Assembly (NCBI GenBank): GCA_963768655.1
Contig: CAVYIM010000009.1
Location: 64,001-128,000, forward strand
Direction of reading: 5' to 3'
DNA from: an uncultured Chloroflexia bacterium
Lineage (GTDB): Bacteria; Chloroflexota; Limnocylindria; Limnocylindrales; CSP1-4
DNA: 64,000 bases
The translations under genes were made by a program, and so were the position numbers. Shown one piece after another: positions 10,985-20,409 of the stretch. Below the pieces are notes generated by a model that was not told where the DNA came from, made no database searches, and saw only the letters and a program-made list of their open reading frames with translations. The number at the start of each line of letters is the position of its first letter. Position 1 is the stretch's first letter.

Positions 10985-11078
10985 AAGTGACTCCTTGATG
11001 TGATGGCCTGGTGGCCCTTGCCGTCGGCCTGAACCCGTGGCGCCGGCGCTCCCTGGCAGCTCGGCTGCGACGGTATTG

Positions 11079-11540
11079 CTAGCGGTTAGCCGGTGCCCTG
11101 ACCGGGACTTCCGCTCGGTAAGTGGTGGCCTGGTCCGAAGCGAAGCCATGCCGGATCCAGCACGCGCGCAATTCGGCGTTCTCCGGCAGCATGACTTCTA
11201 CTACGGTGCAGCCCTTTCTTCGCGCCGAGGTCATGATCTCGAGGATCAACTCATCGGCCACTTTTTCGACGCTGTGGCCTGGGGCTACGACCAGCACGTC
11301 GACCGTGCCTACGAACCCGCCGACCCGGACCGATGGTCTCAGGCCGAGTACCGCACCGCCGGCTATCTGACGACCCGCCTCGGCTACCACGACGCTTGCG
11401 TTCGGCATGTAGATGAGCTGGCGCAAGAGGCCTATCGCGTCCAATGGAGTGCCGGCGCCGGGCGCAGCCCCCATTTCCACGCAAAGCGCATACAACCGAT
11501 CGATATCGGTGATGCGGGCCTGTCTGACCAGGTAATCCAC
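11079..11540 (-). CDS. GNAT family N-acetyltransferase (possibly degenerate)
   Basis: VRQARITDIDRL, VVVAEAGRQIAG, GTVDVLVVAPGHS, ARRKGC, WIRHGF pattern; start inferred at GTG 11540. Confidence 0.75.
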   Translation of the reverse strand: MDYLVRQARITDIDRLYALCVEMGAAPGAGTPLDAIGLLRQLIYMPNASVVVAEAGRQIAGGAVLGLRPSVRVGGFVGTVDVLVVAPGHSVEKVADELILEIMTSARRKGCTVVEVMLPENAELRACWIRHGFASDQATTYRAEVPVRAPANR

Positions 11541-11785
11541 TCGAATGCACGAACCTCGTGGCGAGATGGCGATCGCACTACCGCTGCAGCCACGACGTCC
11601 TAATTGGCGCGATGGCCGCGCGCATTCGTGCCGACTCTCGGGCGGCGAGCTTTCTTGGGGCTCGAGCGCCACGCCAGAACGGGGTTGGCGGCCGCGCTCA
11701 TGCGTTCGGCTCGCCTTGTCCTACTATACGCCATCGCTCGCCGGGGCTGTCGAACTCGTCGCCTCGTTTCGTCGCGCGGGGACCG

Positions 11786-12232
11786 CTAGAAGCGCCGGCG
11801 AGCCTCCCAGAGCTCGAACACGCCGCGGGCGAAGATGAGCAGGCCAACAGCCGCGACCCAGAAGCCGGGGCCCCGGAGCGGCTGGATCGGGGGCGTCTGG
11901 CCGGTGTAGAGGAGCAGCCCGTCCTGCAGCATCTCGACAATTCGCAGGCAATAGGCAACGAACGCCACTCCGAGCAACAGCACATACGACATCGGTCGAT
12001 CGATCGCGATTGGCGCCTCGGCGGCATATGGCAACGAGACCAGCAGCAGCGTCGCCACAGCCGCAAGGAACAGCACGAAGCCCCGACCGTCAGAGATGCC
12101 GACGTCGCTCTGGGCTGGCAGCTCGCCCGGGCCGCCGCCGATCTGCCACCACTGCATCAACGTCGACGCGATGATCACGATGGCGCCGACAGTGACGACC
12201 CAGCGACCGCCTTGAACGGGACTTCGGTTCAT
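11786..12232 (-). CDS. Hypothetical integral membrane protein (about 4 TM)
   Basis: Four hydrophobic segments; GAGGGG RBS; directly downstream of hpt. Confidence 0.75.
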   Translation of the reverse strand: MNRSPVQGGRWVVTVGAIVIIASTLMQWWQIGGGPGELPAQSDVGISDGRGFVLFLAAVATLLLVSLPYAAEAPIAIDRPMSYVLLLGVAFVAYCLRIVEMLQDGLLLYTGQTPPIQPLRGPGFWVAAVGLLIFARGVFELWEARRRF

Positions 12233-12243
12233 CGTCGACCCCC

Positions 12244-12804
12244 TCAGGATTCGTATGCTTCGGGGCGGAGCACACCCACGAAACGCAGGTTTCGATAAAC
12301 CTCACCAAAGTCTAGCCCGTAACCGACGACGAAGGCATCGGGAATCTCGAACCCTACGTAGTCGATAGGGATCTCGATCAGGCGCCTGGCCGGCTTGTCG
12401 AGAAGGGCGCACACCTTGATCGACTGCGGGTTCTTGCCCCGAAGATATCGCAACAGGTAATTCAGCGTCAGGCCGGTATCGATGATGTCTTCGACCAGCA
12501 GGACGTCGCGACCGTCGATCGGTGCGCTCAGATCCTTGAGGATTCGTACGAGGCCGGATGACTCAGTGGCCGTTCCACCGTAGCTTGACACTTCCATCAG
12601 ATCGATTCGCAACGGAAGATCGATCTGCCGCATGAGATCGGCCATGAACGGAAGCGATCCTTTCAGGACGCTGACCAGAGTCAGCTCACGGCCTGCGTAG
12701 TCGGCGCTGATCCGCTTCCCCAGCTCGACCACCTTGACACGAATCTGGTCCTCGGACAGCAGGATCTCCGCGACGTCCTCGTTCAAGTCCTGGGAGTGCT
12801 TCAT
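12244..12804 (-). CDS. hpt: Hypoxanthine phosphoribosyltransferase
   Basis: VLKGSLPFMADL, VSSYGG, VLLVEDIIDTGLTL PRPP-binding loop, FVVGYGLD. Confidence 0.97.
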   Translation of the reverse strand: MKHSQDLNEDVAEILLSEDQIRVKVVELGKRISADYAGRELTLVSVLKGSLPFMADLMRQIDLPLRIDLMEVSSYGGTATESSGLVRILKDLSAPIDGRDVLLVEDIIDTGLTLNYLLRYLRGKNPQSIKVCALLDKPARRLIEIPIDYVGFEIPDAFVVGYGLDFGEVYRNLRFVGVLRPEAYES

Positions 12805-12818
12805 CGCTACCTCTTACA

Positions 12819-13412
12819 TCACGTGGTGGTCGAGTGGGGAGCGTACGCCGCGGCGGCCCGGCGCACAGCGCGGCGGCGCGCCGCGCGGGAGCGGCGATCG
12901 TGCGATGCACGCGGGTCGAGCGGCGGCTGGGCGGGCTCAGTCGACCGATCCAGCTGCCGCCCGGCGGTCGGAGGTGCGGCGGCGACGCTCGCCTCCGGCC
13001 CCGGTTCCGGGTTCTGGCGCGGCCCGACCTGGCCAAGCGTCCCGCTCAGCTCCGAGACGAGCGCCGAGCGGCCGTACTTGAGCATCAGGGCCCGGAAGTC
13101 GCGCGCGTAGAAGAGCTTGATCCGGAGGCTCGGATAGAGCTCTCGCAGGCGGCGTACCTTGCGGTTCTTCTTTCTGACCAGGCGCTGCTGAAGCGTCGTC
13201 AGCTCGATGTAGAGGTCCAGGTCGGGCAGGAAGAAGTCCGGGGCGAAGCTCTCGAGGACATTGCCGTCCAGATCCCACAGGATCGGGAAGACCTGCGGCT
13301 CGTACTCCCAGGTGACCTCATAGAAGTCGAGGATGCGGGCGAACTCGGCCTCGCTGGCGTGGGCGAACGTGCTGGCGGCCAGGTGATCGCGCGGCGTGCC
13401 GGCTTCGCTCAT
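12819..13412 (-). CDS. PD-(D/E)xK nuclease-fold hypothetical protein upstream of hpt
   Basis: FAHASEAEFARILDFY..WEYEP..FAPDFFLPDLDLYIELTT..KKNRKVRRL; ATG 13412 overlaps the upstream TGA at 13409-13411. Confidence 0.75.
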   Translation of the reverse strand: MSEAGTPRDHLAASTFAHASEAEFARILDFYEVTWEYEPQVFPILWDLDGNVLESFAPDFFLPDLDLYIELTTLQQRLVRKKNRKVRRLRELYPSLRIKLFYARDFRALMLKYGRSALVSELSGTLGQVGPRQNPEPGPEASVAAAPPTAGRQLDRSTEPAQPPLDPRASHDRRSRAARRRAVRRAAAAYAPHSTTT

Positions 13413-13832
13413 CCCGGCGTGTCCGTCTCGTCGTGGTCGGAACCGCGACCCGGGTCTCCTTCGTCGGGCGGGCCTTCGAACAGGCCGCGCACGTCGCCCT
13501 GATAATCGGCCAGGTAGGCTCGCATCTCCAGGACGTCGGCCTCGCTGATCGGTTGTCGCGCCCGCCGGGAGTCCTGGGGCATCTCCAGCTCGTTCGCCCG
13601 TTGGCAAATCGCGCACGGCCCCCTCACTGAGCCCGTCCGCGTCGTCATCGGTGGCCGGTGCGCCCGTGACCAGCGCCAGCGTCTGTGTCTGGCAGGCGAA
13701 GCAGACGAGCTGCACGAAGGCTATCTCCTGGCGCTGCGCGAGAACCCGGATGCCGTGGGCGGCATAGGGCTGACCGCACCGGGTACAGCCGGTACCGAGC
13801 AGAGCCATGCGCAGACGCTCTCGCGGATCCAC
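13409..13832 (-). pseudogene. Zn-ribbon (CxxC...CxxC) small protein, apparently frameshifted by 1 nt
   Basis: N-part CTRC...LVCFAC lies in one frame. A plausible C-part PISEADVLEMRAYLADYQGDVRGLF lies in another frame and ends at TGA 13409-13411, which overlaps the next ATG. Confidence 0.6.
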
Positions 13833-13909
13833 CCTGCAAGTCTACCGGAGCGACGCCATCGAGGCCGCCGCAGAGACGCTTCTCGATCCCACTCGGAACC
13901 GCCCCGACG

Positions 13910-13938
13910 TTGCTCCATATACTCCCCGGGGGTATGAT
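13910..13938 (+). promoter_or_regulatory. Sigma70 promoter (TTGCTC-17-TATGAT) overlapped by a CsoR-type operator ATACTCCCCGGGGGTAT (13919-13935)
   Basis: ATAC...GTAT inverted ends around a C-tract/G-tract, typical of CsoR/RcnR operators; immediately upstream of the csoR gene. Confidence 0.85.
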
Positions 13939-13957
13939 CCGAGTCGGGAGGTCACGC

Positions 13958-14416
13958 TTGGCGACAGATGATCCCGAGAAGTCGGGCGGCACGCGCCCGT
14001 TGGCTCGATCCGAGCGAGCCGCGCCGGAAGCCGGTAGCCCCGGCGGCGCCGTGGGCATCCTTCGGCCCAACCCGGAGATTACGCTCGAGCCTGCGGACGA
14101 GCGCGATCTCGAGGGCTCTTTCCGCCACGCCTATTCGCGAGACCAGGCGACGCTTGTCAGGCGTCTGCGCCGGATCGAAGGACAGGTGCGTGGCATCGAG
14201 CGAATGATCGAGCGCCGCGAGTACTGCGTCGACATCCTCCAGCAGACAGCCGCCCTGCGGGCCGCCGTGGATTCCGTGGCGCTGTTGATTCTGGAGGACC
14301 ATGTCCAGGGTTGCGTCAAGACCGCCGCCGAGCAAGGCGACGCCGATCGCTACATCGAGGAGGTGCTCGATGTCGTCCGCCGAACGCTCGGGAAGCCGGT
14401 CCGACCACGCGTCTGA
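13958..14416 (+). CDS. csoR: CsoR/RcnR family metal-sensing transcriptional repressor
   Basis: RRLRRIEGQVRGIERMIE, YCVDILQQ, LEDHVQGCV (Cys-His-Cys); TTG start after GGGAGG. Confidence 0.9.
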   Translation: MATDDPEKSGGTRPLARSERAAPEAGSPGGAVGILRPNPEITLEPADERDLEGSFRHAYSRDQATLVRRLRRIEGQVRGIERMIERREYCVDILQQTAALRAAVDSVALLILEDHVQGCVKTAAEQGDADRYIEEVLDVVRRTLGKPVRPRV

Positions 14417-14601
14417 CGGCTCAGTCGTGGGCGCCCCTGCGAGCGCCCGGGGAAGTCATCCGCCCTCGTCCACCGCGCCGGGCCGTGTGAAGTACTTATC
14501 CACGAAAGTGGATGACTGGCAATTCTTGGTGGAAAACCGCGTTGACGCCACACGACGCCGGACCTATCTTCCGACCTCCGCACCGCTGCTGCGGCCCGTC
14601 G

Positions 14602-15519
14602 ATGGGTAACCGCGTTCGCGAGGGGTCCGGGGAAACCCGACCGAGGACCGAACTGGCGTGGGAAGACCTAGGGACGCCGGGTGCGACAAGAGCCGACGCC
14701 GGGAGCGGCGCGGCCCAGAGTGTCCGGGAGCCTGAGACGGCCCCGACTCCGGTCCGCGATCCGCTCCCGGCGCGTGTTTCCGGCCTTGCGCCACTCCCCG
14801 TGGAATACGGGGTTGTGCTGCGCGCCGGCCTGGCCGCCGTCGCGGGTGGGGACCTGCCGGCGGCTGCCCGAGCCGCGATCGACGATCATGTCCGCCTCCT
14901 TCTCGCCTGGAACGAGGCGATCAACCTGAGCGGTATCCGCGCCCCGGAGATGGTCGCCCGGGAGCACGTCCTGGATAGCCTCACCGCCCTCCGTTTGATA
15001 CGGCAAGCGGGGATCGCGGAGTTCGTGGATCTCGGGAGCGGGGCCGGCTATCCCGGCCTGCCGCTCGCCATCGCGCTGCCGGCGCGACGGGCCCTGCTGG
15101 TCGAGTCGATCGGCAAGAAGGCCCGCTTCCTGGAGGTTGCGGTTGCGGCTCTCGGACTGACCGACCGAGTGGCCGTTGCGGCGGCCCGGGCCGAGAGCAT
15201 CGCCGCCGACCCTCGCCATCGGGGCCGCTGGCCCGCGGTCGTCTCGCGCGCAGTGGCGGACCTGACCGAGCTCTCCGAGCTGGCCCTGCCGCTCCTGGCC
15301 GCGGGCGGGCTGCTCGTGGCCTGGAAGCGGCGCCCGCTGGACGAGGAGCTCTTGCGGGCGGAGAGGGCGGTGGCGCAGCTGGGCGGTCGCGTGGTCTCCT
15401 GCGAGGCCGTGGCGGTGCCGGGTCTAGAGGACCACGTTCTGGCGGTCGTCGAGAAGGTCGGTGCCACTCCGCCGGAGTTCCCCCGTGACCCGGCGGCGCG
15501 GCGCCGGCGCCCGCTGTAG
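14602..15519 (+). CDS. rsmG: 16S rRNA (guanine-N7)-methyltransferase RsmG/GidB
   Basis: WNEAINLSGI, HVLDSL, DLGSGAGYPG, LVESIGKKARFL, VSRAVA, FPR..RRRPL. Start uncertain. Confidence 0.93.
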   Translation: MGNRVREGSGETRPRTELAWEDLGTPGATRADAGSGAAQSVREPETAPTPVRDPLPARVSGLAPLPVEYGVVLRAGLAAVAGGDLPAAARAAIDDHVRLLLAWNEAINLSGIRAPEMVAREHVLDSLTALRLIRQAGIAEFVDLGSGAGYPGLPLAIALPARRALLVESIGKKARFLEVAVAALGLTDRVAVAAARAESIAADPRHRGRWPAVVSRAVADLTELSELALPLLAAGGLLVAWKRRPLDEELLRAERAVAQLGGRVVSCEAVAVPGLEDHVLAVVEKVGATPPEFPRDPAARRRRPL

Positions 15520-15529
15520 GGTGACGTCC

Positions 15530-16258
15530 GTGCGCATCGCGGTCATCTCGGACATCCACTCCAATCTGCCGGCGCTGGACGCCGTTCTCGGCGCGGTCGG
15601 CAGCGTGGATGCGATCTGGCATCTCGGCGACACGGTCGGCTACGGCCCCGAGCCCCAGGCCGTGGTCGACCGCCTGCTCGCGGCCGGCGCCATCGGGGTC
15701 AGGGGGAACCACGACGACGCCGCGGGCGGCGGTACCTCCATAGAGTGGTTCAACCCGGACGGGTACCGCGCCATGGAGTGGACCCGCACCCACATCGACG
15801 AGACGACGCGGCTCTACTTGGCCGCACTTCCGGAACGCCGGGTGCCCGAGGGATCTTGCTTCACGCTCGCACACGGCAGCCCGAGCGATCCAATCTGGGA
15901 GTACCTTGATTCGCCGGCGGCCGCTGAGGTGAACCTGTCCGCCTTCCAGACACCGTACTGCCTCGTCGGCCACACGCACGTTCCGCTGGTCTTTCGCGAG
16001 TCGCGAGGGCGGATGAAGGCGATGCTCGTGGGCGAGGGCGATCGCCTCGAGCTGGACGACCGTCGCATGATCCTCAACCCGGGTAGCGTCGGCCAGCCCC
16101 GAGACGGCGACCCGAGATCCAGCTACATGTTGATGGACACGGACGCCGGCCTGGTCACCTGGCATCGGGTGGAGTACAACATCGAGGCCACTCAGGCGGC
16201 GATCCGCGACGCCGGTTTGCCGCCGCGGCTGGCTCGCCGGCTCAGCTTCGGCCAGTGA
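15530..16258 (+). CDS. Metallophosphoesterase family protein
   Basis: SDIHSN, LGDTVGYG, RGNHD, HGSP, GHTH, NPGSVGQPRDGDPR. Confidence 0.93.
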   Translation: MRIAVISDIHSNLPALDAVLGAVGSVDAIWHLGDTVGYGPEPQAVVDRLLAAGAIGVRGNHDDAAGGGTSIEWFNPDGYRAMEWTRTHIDETTRLYLAALPERRVPEGSCFTLAHGSPSDPIWEYLDSPAAAEVNLSAFQTPYCLVGHTHVPLVFRESRGRMKAMLVGEGDRLELDDRRMILNPGSVGQPRDGDPRSSYMLMDTDAGLVTWHRVEYNIEATQAAIRDAGLPPRLARRLSFGQ

Positions 16259-16512
16259 AAGCCCCGCCTCGAGCACTGCCATCGTAAATGGCGCGAATCT
16301 GACGCGGGCACGAATCCAGCGATCGGGTGTCGTGCTAGCCTTGCTCGCGTTCGACGAGGCGATCCGCCCGCGCGCGTCGAACCGGGCCTGCACGGGTTCG
16401 TCGGCTGCGAACCGGCTCGCAGCCAGCTCCGGCGCCGGTCCGCAGGCGGCTCGGTGGGAGCCCGCAGGTTCTTCGCGCATCTGAGCCCGCATCAGAGAGG
16501 ACCGACCGGTCG

Positions 16513-18585
16513 ATGACCGCTCCCAACTCGCCGCTCCGGGGCCGCAAGCTCGGCGACCGGCGCGTGGTGGTCGATCGACCGCACTCCGCTTACTTCCGCT
16601 ACGCCGGCCCGGGCGTCATGGTCGCCAAGGCCGCCGCGAGCGCGCCCATGACCGCCTTCGGGCGCCGGATGGCGCGCGTTCGGGCCCTCGTCTTCGGCAA
16701 GCCGCTTTCGAGCGCCCAGGAGATCGAAGAGCGGCTGTCCAAGAAGCTGGCACTGCCGATCTTCAGCTCGGACGCCATCTCGTCCTCGGCCTACGCGACC
16801 GACGAGATCCTGCGCGTCCTCGTCCTGGCCGGTCTGGCCTGGATGACCTGGTCGATTGCGGTTGCCGCAGCGATCGCACTGATGCTGACTATCGTCGCCT
16901 TCAGCTACCGGCAGGTATGCCGCGGGTATCCCTCCGGTGGGGGTGCGTACGTCGTCGCCAGGGAGAATCTCGGGCCCAACTTCGGCCTGATCGCCGCGGC
17001 GGCGCTGATGGTCGACTACGTCATGACCGTCGCCGTCTCGAGCGCCTCGGCCCTGGCCAACCTGGCGACGGCTTTCGAGGCGATCGCACCCTACAAGGTC
17101 GAGCTGGGGGCGCTGGTCATCGTCCTGGTGACCGCGGCCAACCTCCGGGGCGTGCGGGAGTCGGGCAACATCTTCGCGATTCCTACCTACCTCTTCGTGG
17201 GAACGGCCCTGCTCGCCGTTGGCGTCGGGCTGGTGAACACCGCCACGGGCGCCGCGCATCACCTCAGCCCGCCGCCGTTCGCGGAGCAGCCGGGCGTCCA
17301 GGCCTTCACGATGCTCCTGCTGCTCAAGGCCTTCGCGGGAGGCTCGGTGGCCCTGACCGGAGTGGAGGCGATCGCCAACGGCGTGCCGGCCTTCAAGCCG
17401 CCCGAATCGAAGAACGCCGCCAATACGCTGATCATCATGGCCCTGCTGCTGGGCACGATCTTCGTCGGGCTGACCTTCGTCGGCCTCCAGTACGGCGTCA
17501 TGGCGACCACACCCCAGGGTCCGACGGTCCTCGGGCAGGTGGGCAGCGCCGTCTTCGGTGGCGGCTTCCTGTTCATCCTGCTCCAGGTCAGCGCCGCCCT
17601 GATCCTCTTTCTGGCCTGCAACACCAGCTTCAACGCCTTCCCGCGCCTGGCGGCAATCCTGGCCCAGGACGATTGCATGCCGCGCCAATTCGCCTTCCGC
17701 GGAGACCGGCTGGCGTTCTCCTGGGGGATAGTCGTCCTGGCCGCGGTCGCCATCGGCATGCTCTACGCCTTCAACGCCTCGGTCGACGCCCTGATCCCGC
17801 TCTACTCGGTCGGCGTGTTCATCTGCTTCACGCTGTCTCAGGCCGGCATGGTCGTCCACTGGCGCAAGGAGCGCAGCTCCGGGTGGGCCTGGCGGAGCGT
17901 GGTGAACGGCTGCGGCGCAGTCCTGACCGGCGTGGTCTTCCTGGTCGTAGCCTCTGAGAAGTTCTTCAACGGGGCGTGGATGGTCCTGATCTTCATCCCG
18001 TCGCTGATCGCGATGATGATGTTCATCCGCCATCAGTACGCCTCCTCGGCGAGGCAGCTCACGATGCGGCCTGGGGCCGCGGTCCCGCAGCCGCACCGCC
18101 ACAACCGCGTCGTCATCCCGATCTCGGGCGTGAACCGGGCGGTCGTCCAGGCGCTCAACGTGGCCCGGTCCATCACTACGGACATTCGGGCGGTCTACGT
18201 CTCGGACGACCCCCATCACAGCGACGCCATCCGCGAGCTGTGGACGCAGGCGGTGCCGGACGTGCCGCTGGTTCTCGTGGAGTCGCCCTACCGCGCCCTG
18301 ATCGCCCCCGTCGTGGCCTACCTCGACGTCCTCGACCGCTCCTGGCCCAACGAGCAGGAGGAGCCGATCACGTTCGTCCTCATCCCCGAGTACGTAGCCC
18401 GGAGCTGGTGGGAGCGGATGCTCTACAACCAGGCCGCCAAGCAGCTGCGGGCGGCTCTGCTGGGCCGGCCGCACACGGTGGTCATCAACGTGCCTTACCG
18501 GCGCGACGAGACCCGGCCGGCAGTCACGGCAGAGGAGCAGCCGGCCGGCACCCTGGTGGCGGCGGACAACGGCCGGCCCCACTGA
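16513..18585 (+). CDS. APC family permease, KimA/YdaO-like K+ transporter
   Basis: ERLSKKLALPIFSSDAISSSAYATDEIL, YPSGGGAY, ALTGVEAIANGVPAFKPPESKNA, cytoplasmic C-domain with SPYR. Confidence 0.92.
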   Translation: MTAPNSPLRGRKLGDRRVVVDRPHSAYFRYAGPGVMVAKAAASAPMTAFGRRMARVRALVFGKPLSSAQEIEERLSKKLALPIFSSDAISSSAYATDEILRVLVLAGLAWMTWSIAVAAAIALMLTIVAFSYRQVCRGYPSGGGAYVVARENLGPNFGLIAAAALMVDYVMTVAVSSASALANLATAFEAIAPYKVELGALVIVLVTAANLRGVRESGNIFAIPTYLFVGTALLAVGVGLVNTATGAAHHLSPPPFAEQPGVQAFTMLLLLKAFAGGSVALTGVEAIANGVPAFKPPESKNAANTLIIMALLLGTIFVGLTFVGLQYGVMATTPQGPTVLGQVGSAVFGGGFLFILLQVSAALILFLACNTSFNAFPRLAAILAQDDCMPRQFAFRGDRLAFSWGIVVLAAVAIGMLYAFNASVDALIPLYSVGVFICFTLSQAGMVVHWRKERSSGWAWRSVVNGCGAVLTGVVFLVVASEKFFNGAWMVLIFIPSLIAMMMFIRHQYASSARQLTMRPGAAVPQPHRHNRVVIPISGVNRAVVQALNVARSITTDIRAVYVSDDPHHSDAIRELWTQAVPDVPLVLVESPYRALIAPVVAYLDVLDRSWPNEQEEPITFVLIPEYVARSWWERMLYNQAAKQLRAALLGRPHTVVINVPYRRDETRPAVTAEEQPAGTLVAADNGRPH

Positions 18586-18603
18586 CGCGCGCGAAAAAGT
18601 CCG

Positions 18604-19125
18604 ATGAGTGGCACCGTACGCTGCCGGGATTGCGGGGCACTCGTGCCGGATATCCCCGAGTTGCGAGCAGACCATCTGTACGGCGGCGCCGCGCCGGGCT
18701 GTTGGGCGGCCTATACAGAACTGATCGGACGCCAGATGGCCGACCCCGGGCTCTTCGAGGCGCGCATGATCGCGGCCGACGCCTACATGGCCCAGCATCC
18801 CGGGGATCCCGGCCGGCAGGCGAGCCAGTCGGTATGGGTCCACCTTATCGGCCTGTGCCTGGCACTGGAGCATGGCTACGACGGCCTGGCTTCGGCCAGG
18901 GCGAAGGCCCGGGCGGCTTCTCCCGATGTCAGGTTCGAATGGCTCGAGGCCCCTGCGTCGCTCGGCTCGATCACCGTTCTCGACGTGCTGGCCGCAGCGA
19001 CCCCCGAGGAGCACCGTGACGCCGTTCGGTGCTGGGCGATCTCGGTATGGGCGGCCTGGGAGCCTCATCGAGAAGCGATCCGGACGCGTGTCGCGGAGCT
19101 GCGGGGCGACCTCGAGCGCCGATGA
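18604..19125 (+). CDS. DUF5946-like hypothetical protein
   Basis: N-terminal CxxC, GAAPGCWAAY, DAYMAQHPG, QSVWVHLIGLCLALE; family recalled from memory. Confidence 0.7.
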   Translation: MSGTVRCRDCGALVPDIPELRADHLYGGAAPGCWAAYTELIGRQMADPGLFEARMIAADAYMAQHPGDPGRQASQSVWVHLIGLCLALEHGYDGLASARAKARAASPDVRFEWLEAPASLGSITVLDVLAAATPEEHRDAVRCWAISVWAAWEPHREAIRTRVAELRGDLERR

Positions 19126-19302
19126 TGGCTCGGACGGGTCGGGTCCGATGGGCCGACGGTCGAGCCGAACGGCGCAGGGGCGGGGCGACCGAACCCGGCG
19201 TCACGCTGACCTTCGGCACCTCCACACGAGCCTGCCGGTGGTATCGTTCCCGGGCGGATGCGGCCCCAACCGCCACCGCCCTGGGTCGAGATCGGAGGTC
19301 AG

Positions 19303-19761
19303 GTGCCCGAGGCTAATGCGCCCATCTTCCGGCGCGCCGTCGTCGCCCTGAACGGCGGCTCGATCGACGCCGGGATCGTGCGTCTGGCTCTCGAGGTGAC
19401 CCGCCACACCCACGCCGAGTTGATCGCCGTGCACGTGGTGGAGCTCGACTGGACGCAGCCGCTAGACGCCGACGTGGCCGAGCGCTCCGAAGAAGCCCAG
19501 CGCGTCCTCGATGCGGCGGAGGCAATCGCGGAGTCGCAGCACGCCAAGATGGAATCCGTGCTCGTTCAGGCACGCGACGTGGGCGCGGCTATCGTCGACG
19601 AGGCCGCGGCCCGAGAGGCCGACCTGCTGATACTCGGCCTGCCCTATCGGACCCGCTTCGGCGGCGATTTCGCCATCGGGCGGGCCGTCCCGTACGCGTT
19701 GAAGAATGCCCCCTGCACAGTGTGGGTGGTGCGTGAGCCGATGGGCGAGGAGTCTCGATGA
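19303..19761 (+). CDS. Universal stress protein (USP)
   Basis: RRAVVALNG, LIAVHVV, GAAIVDEA..ADLLILG, LKNAPCTVWVV; GTG start after GGAGG. Confidence 0.9.
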   Translation: MPEANAPIFRRAVVALNGGSIDAGIVRLALEVTRHTHAELIAVHVVELDWTQPLDADVAERSEEAQRVLDAAEAIAESQHAKMESVLVQARDVGAAIVDEAAAREADLLILGLPYRTRFGGDFAIGRAVPYALKNAPCTVWVVREPMGEESR

Positions 19762-20390
19762 AGATCGTGATCGTGGGCTGCGGTCGCGTCGGCTCGACGC
19801 TAGCCGAGAACCTCGATGCGGACGGCCACGAGGTGATCATCTTCGACATTCGGACGGCCGCCTTCGACCGCCTGCCGGAGACCTTCAAGGGCGCCGCCAT
19901 ACGTGGTGACGGGACCGACCTGGAGGTCCTCCGCAGGGGTGGGGCCGACGGAGCCGACGTATTCCTGTCGCTGACCGAGGGCGACAACCGGAACGTGATG
20001 GCCGCCCAGGTGGCCACGGAATCGCTCGGCATCCCGCAGGTGATCGCCAAGATCAACGACCCGGTCCGGGCTGCGGCCTACGCCGAGCTGGGCGTGGTAA
20101 CTCTGTGCCGGACGAACCTCATGGTCGACACGGTGGCGAAGTACCTCAACCTGCCGATGTCCACTGGCCCCGGCATCGATACGCCCGAAACGCCGGGCCA
20201 CGAGCATCCTCATCCGACCTCGCGCGGCCTGCCCGTGGCGGGGGAGACAACCGGGTTGGATTCGTCGCCGCTGGGTCCGCCCGCCAGACCTCGCTCGTCG
20301 GCTGAGCGCGCGGTGCTTCCGCAACATGCCGAAGCCGCGGCTGAAGCCGTCAGGGCGCAGCGCATTGGCTTCCGCCGGTGGCGCGGCTGA
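19758..20390 (+). CDS. trkA: TrkA family K+ uptake regulatory protein, RCK_N only, with a low-complexity tail
   Basis: MKIVIVGCGRVG, GDGTD, TEGDNRN, VIAKINDP; no RCK_C domain is visible. Confidence 0.85.
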   Translation: MKIVIVGCGRVGSTLAENLDADGHEVIIFDIRTAAFDRLPETFKGAAIRGDGTDLEVLRRGGADGADVFLSLTEGDNRNVMAAQVATESLGIPQVIAKINDPVRAAAYAELGVVTLCRTNLMVDTVAKYLNLPMSTGPGIDTPETPGHEHPHPTSRGLPVAGETTGLDSSPLGPPARPRSSAERAVLPQHAEAAAEAVRAQRIGFRRWRG

Positions 20391-20409
20391 GCGCGGGTAG
20401 GAGGCAGAC

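Noticed and set aside
14417-14600. oriC or parS
   Set aside because: Too few and degenerate boxes, no AT-rich unwinding element, no GTTTCACGTGAAAC palindrome and no dnaA/parAB nearby.
16259-16512. ydaO/c-di-AMP riboswitch upstream of the KimA-like permease
   Set aside because: The GCTGAATCC and GGGGGAACC consensus blocks were not found.
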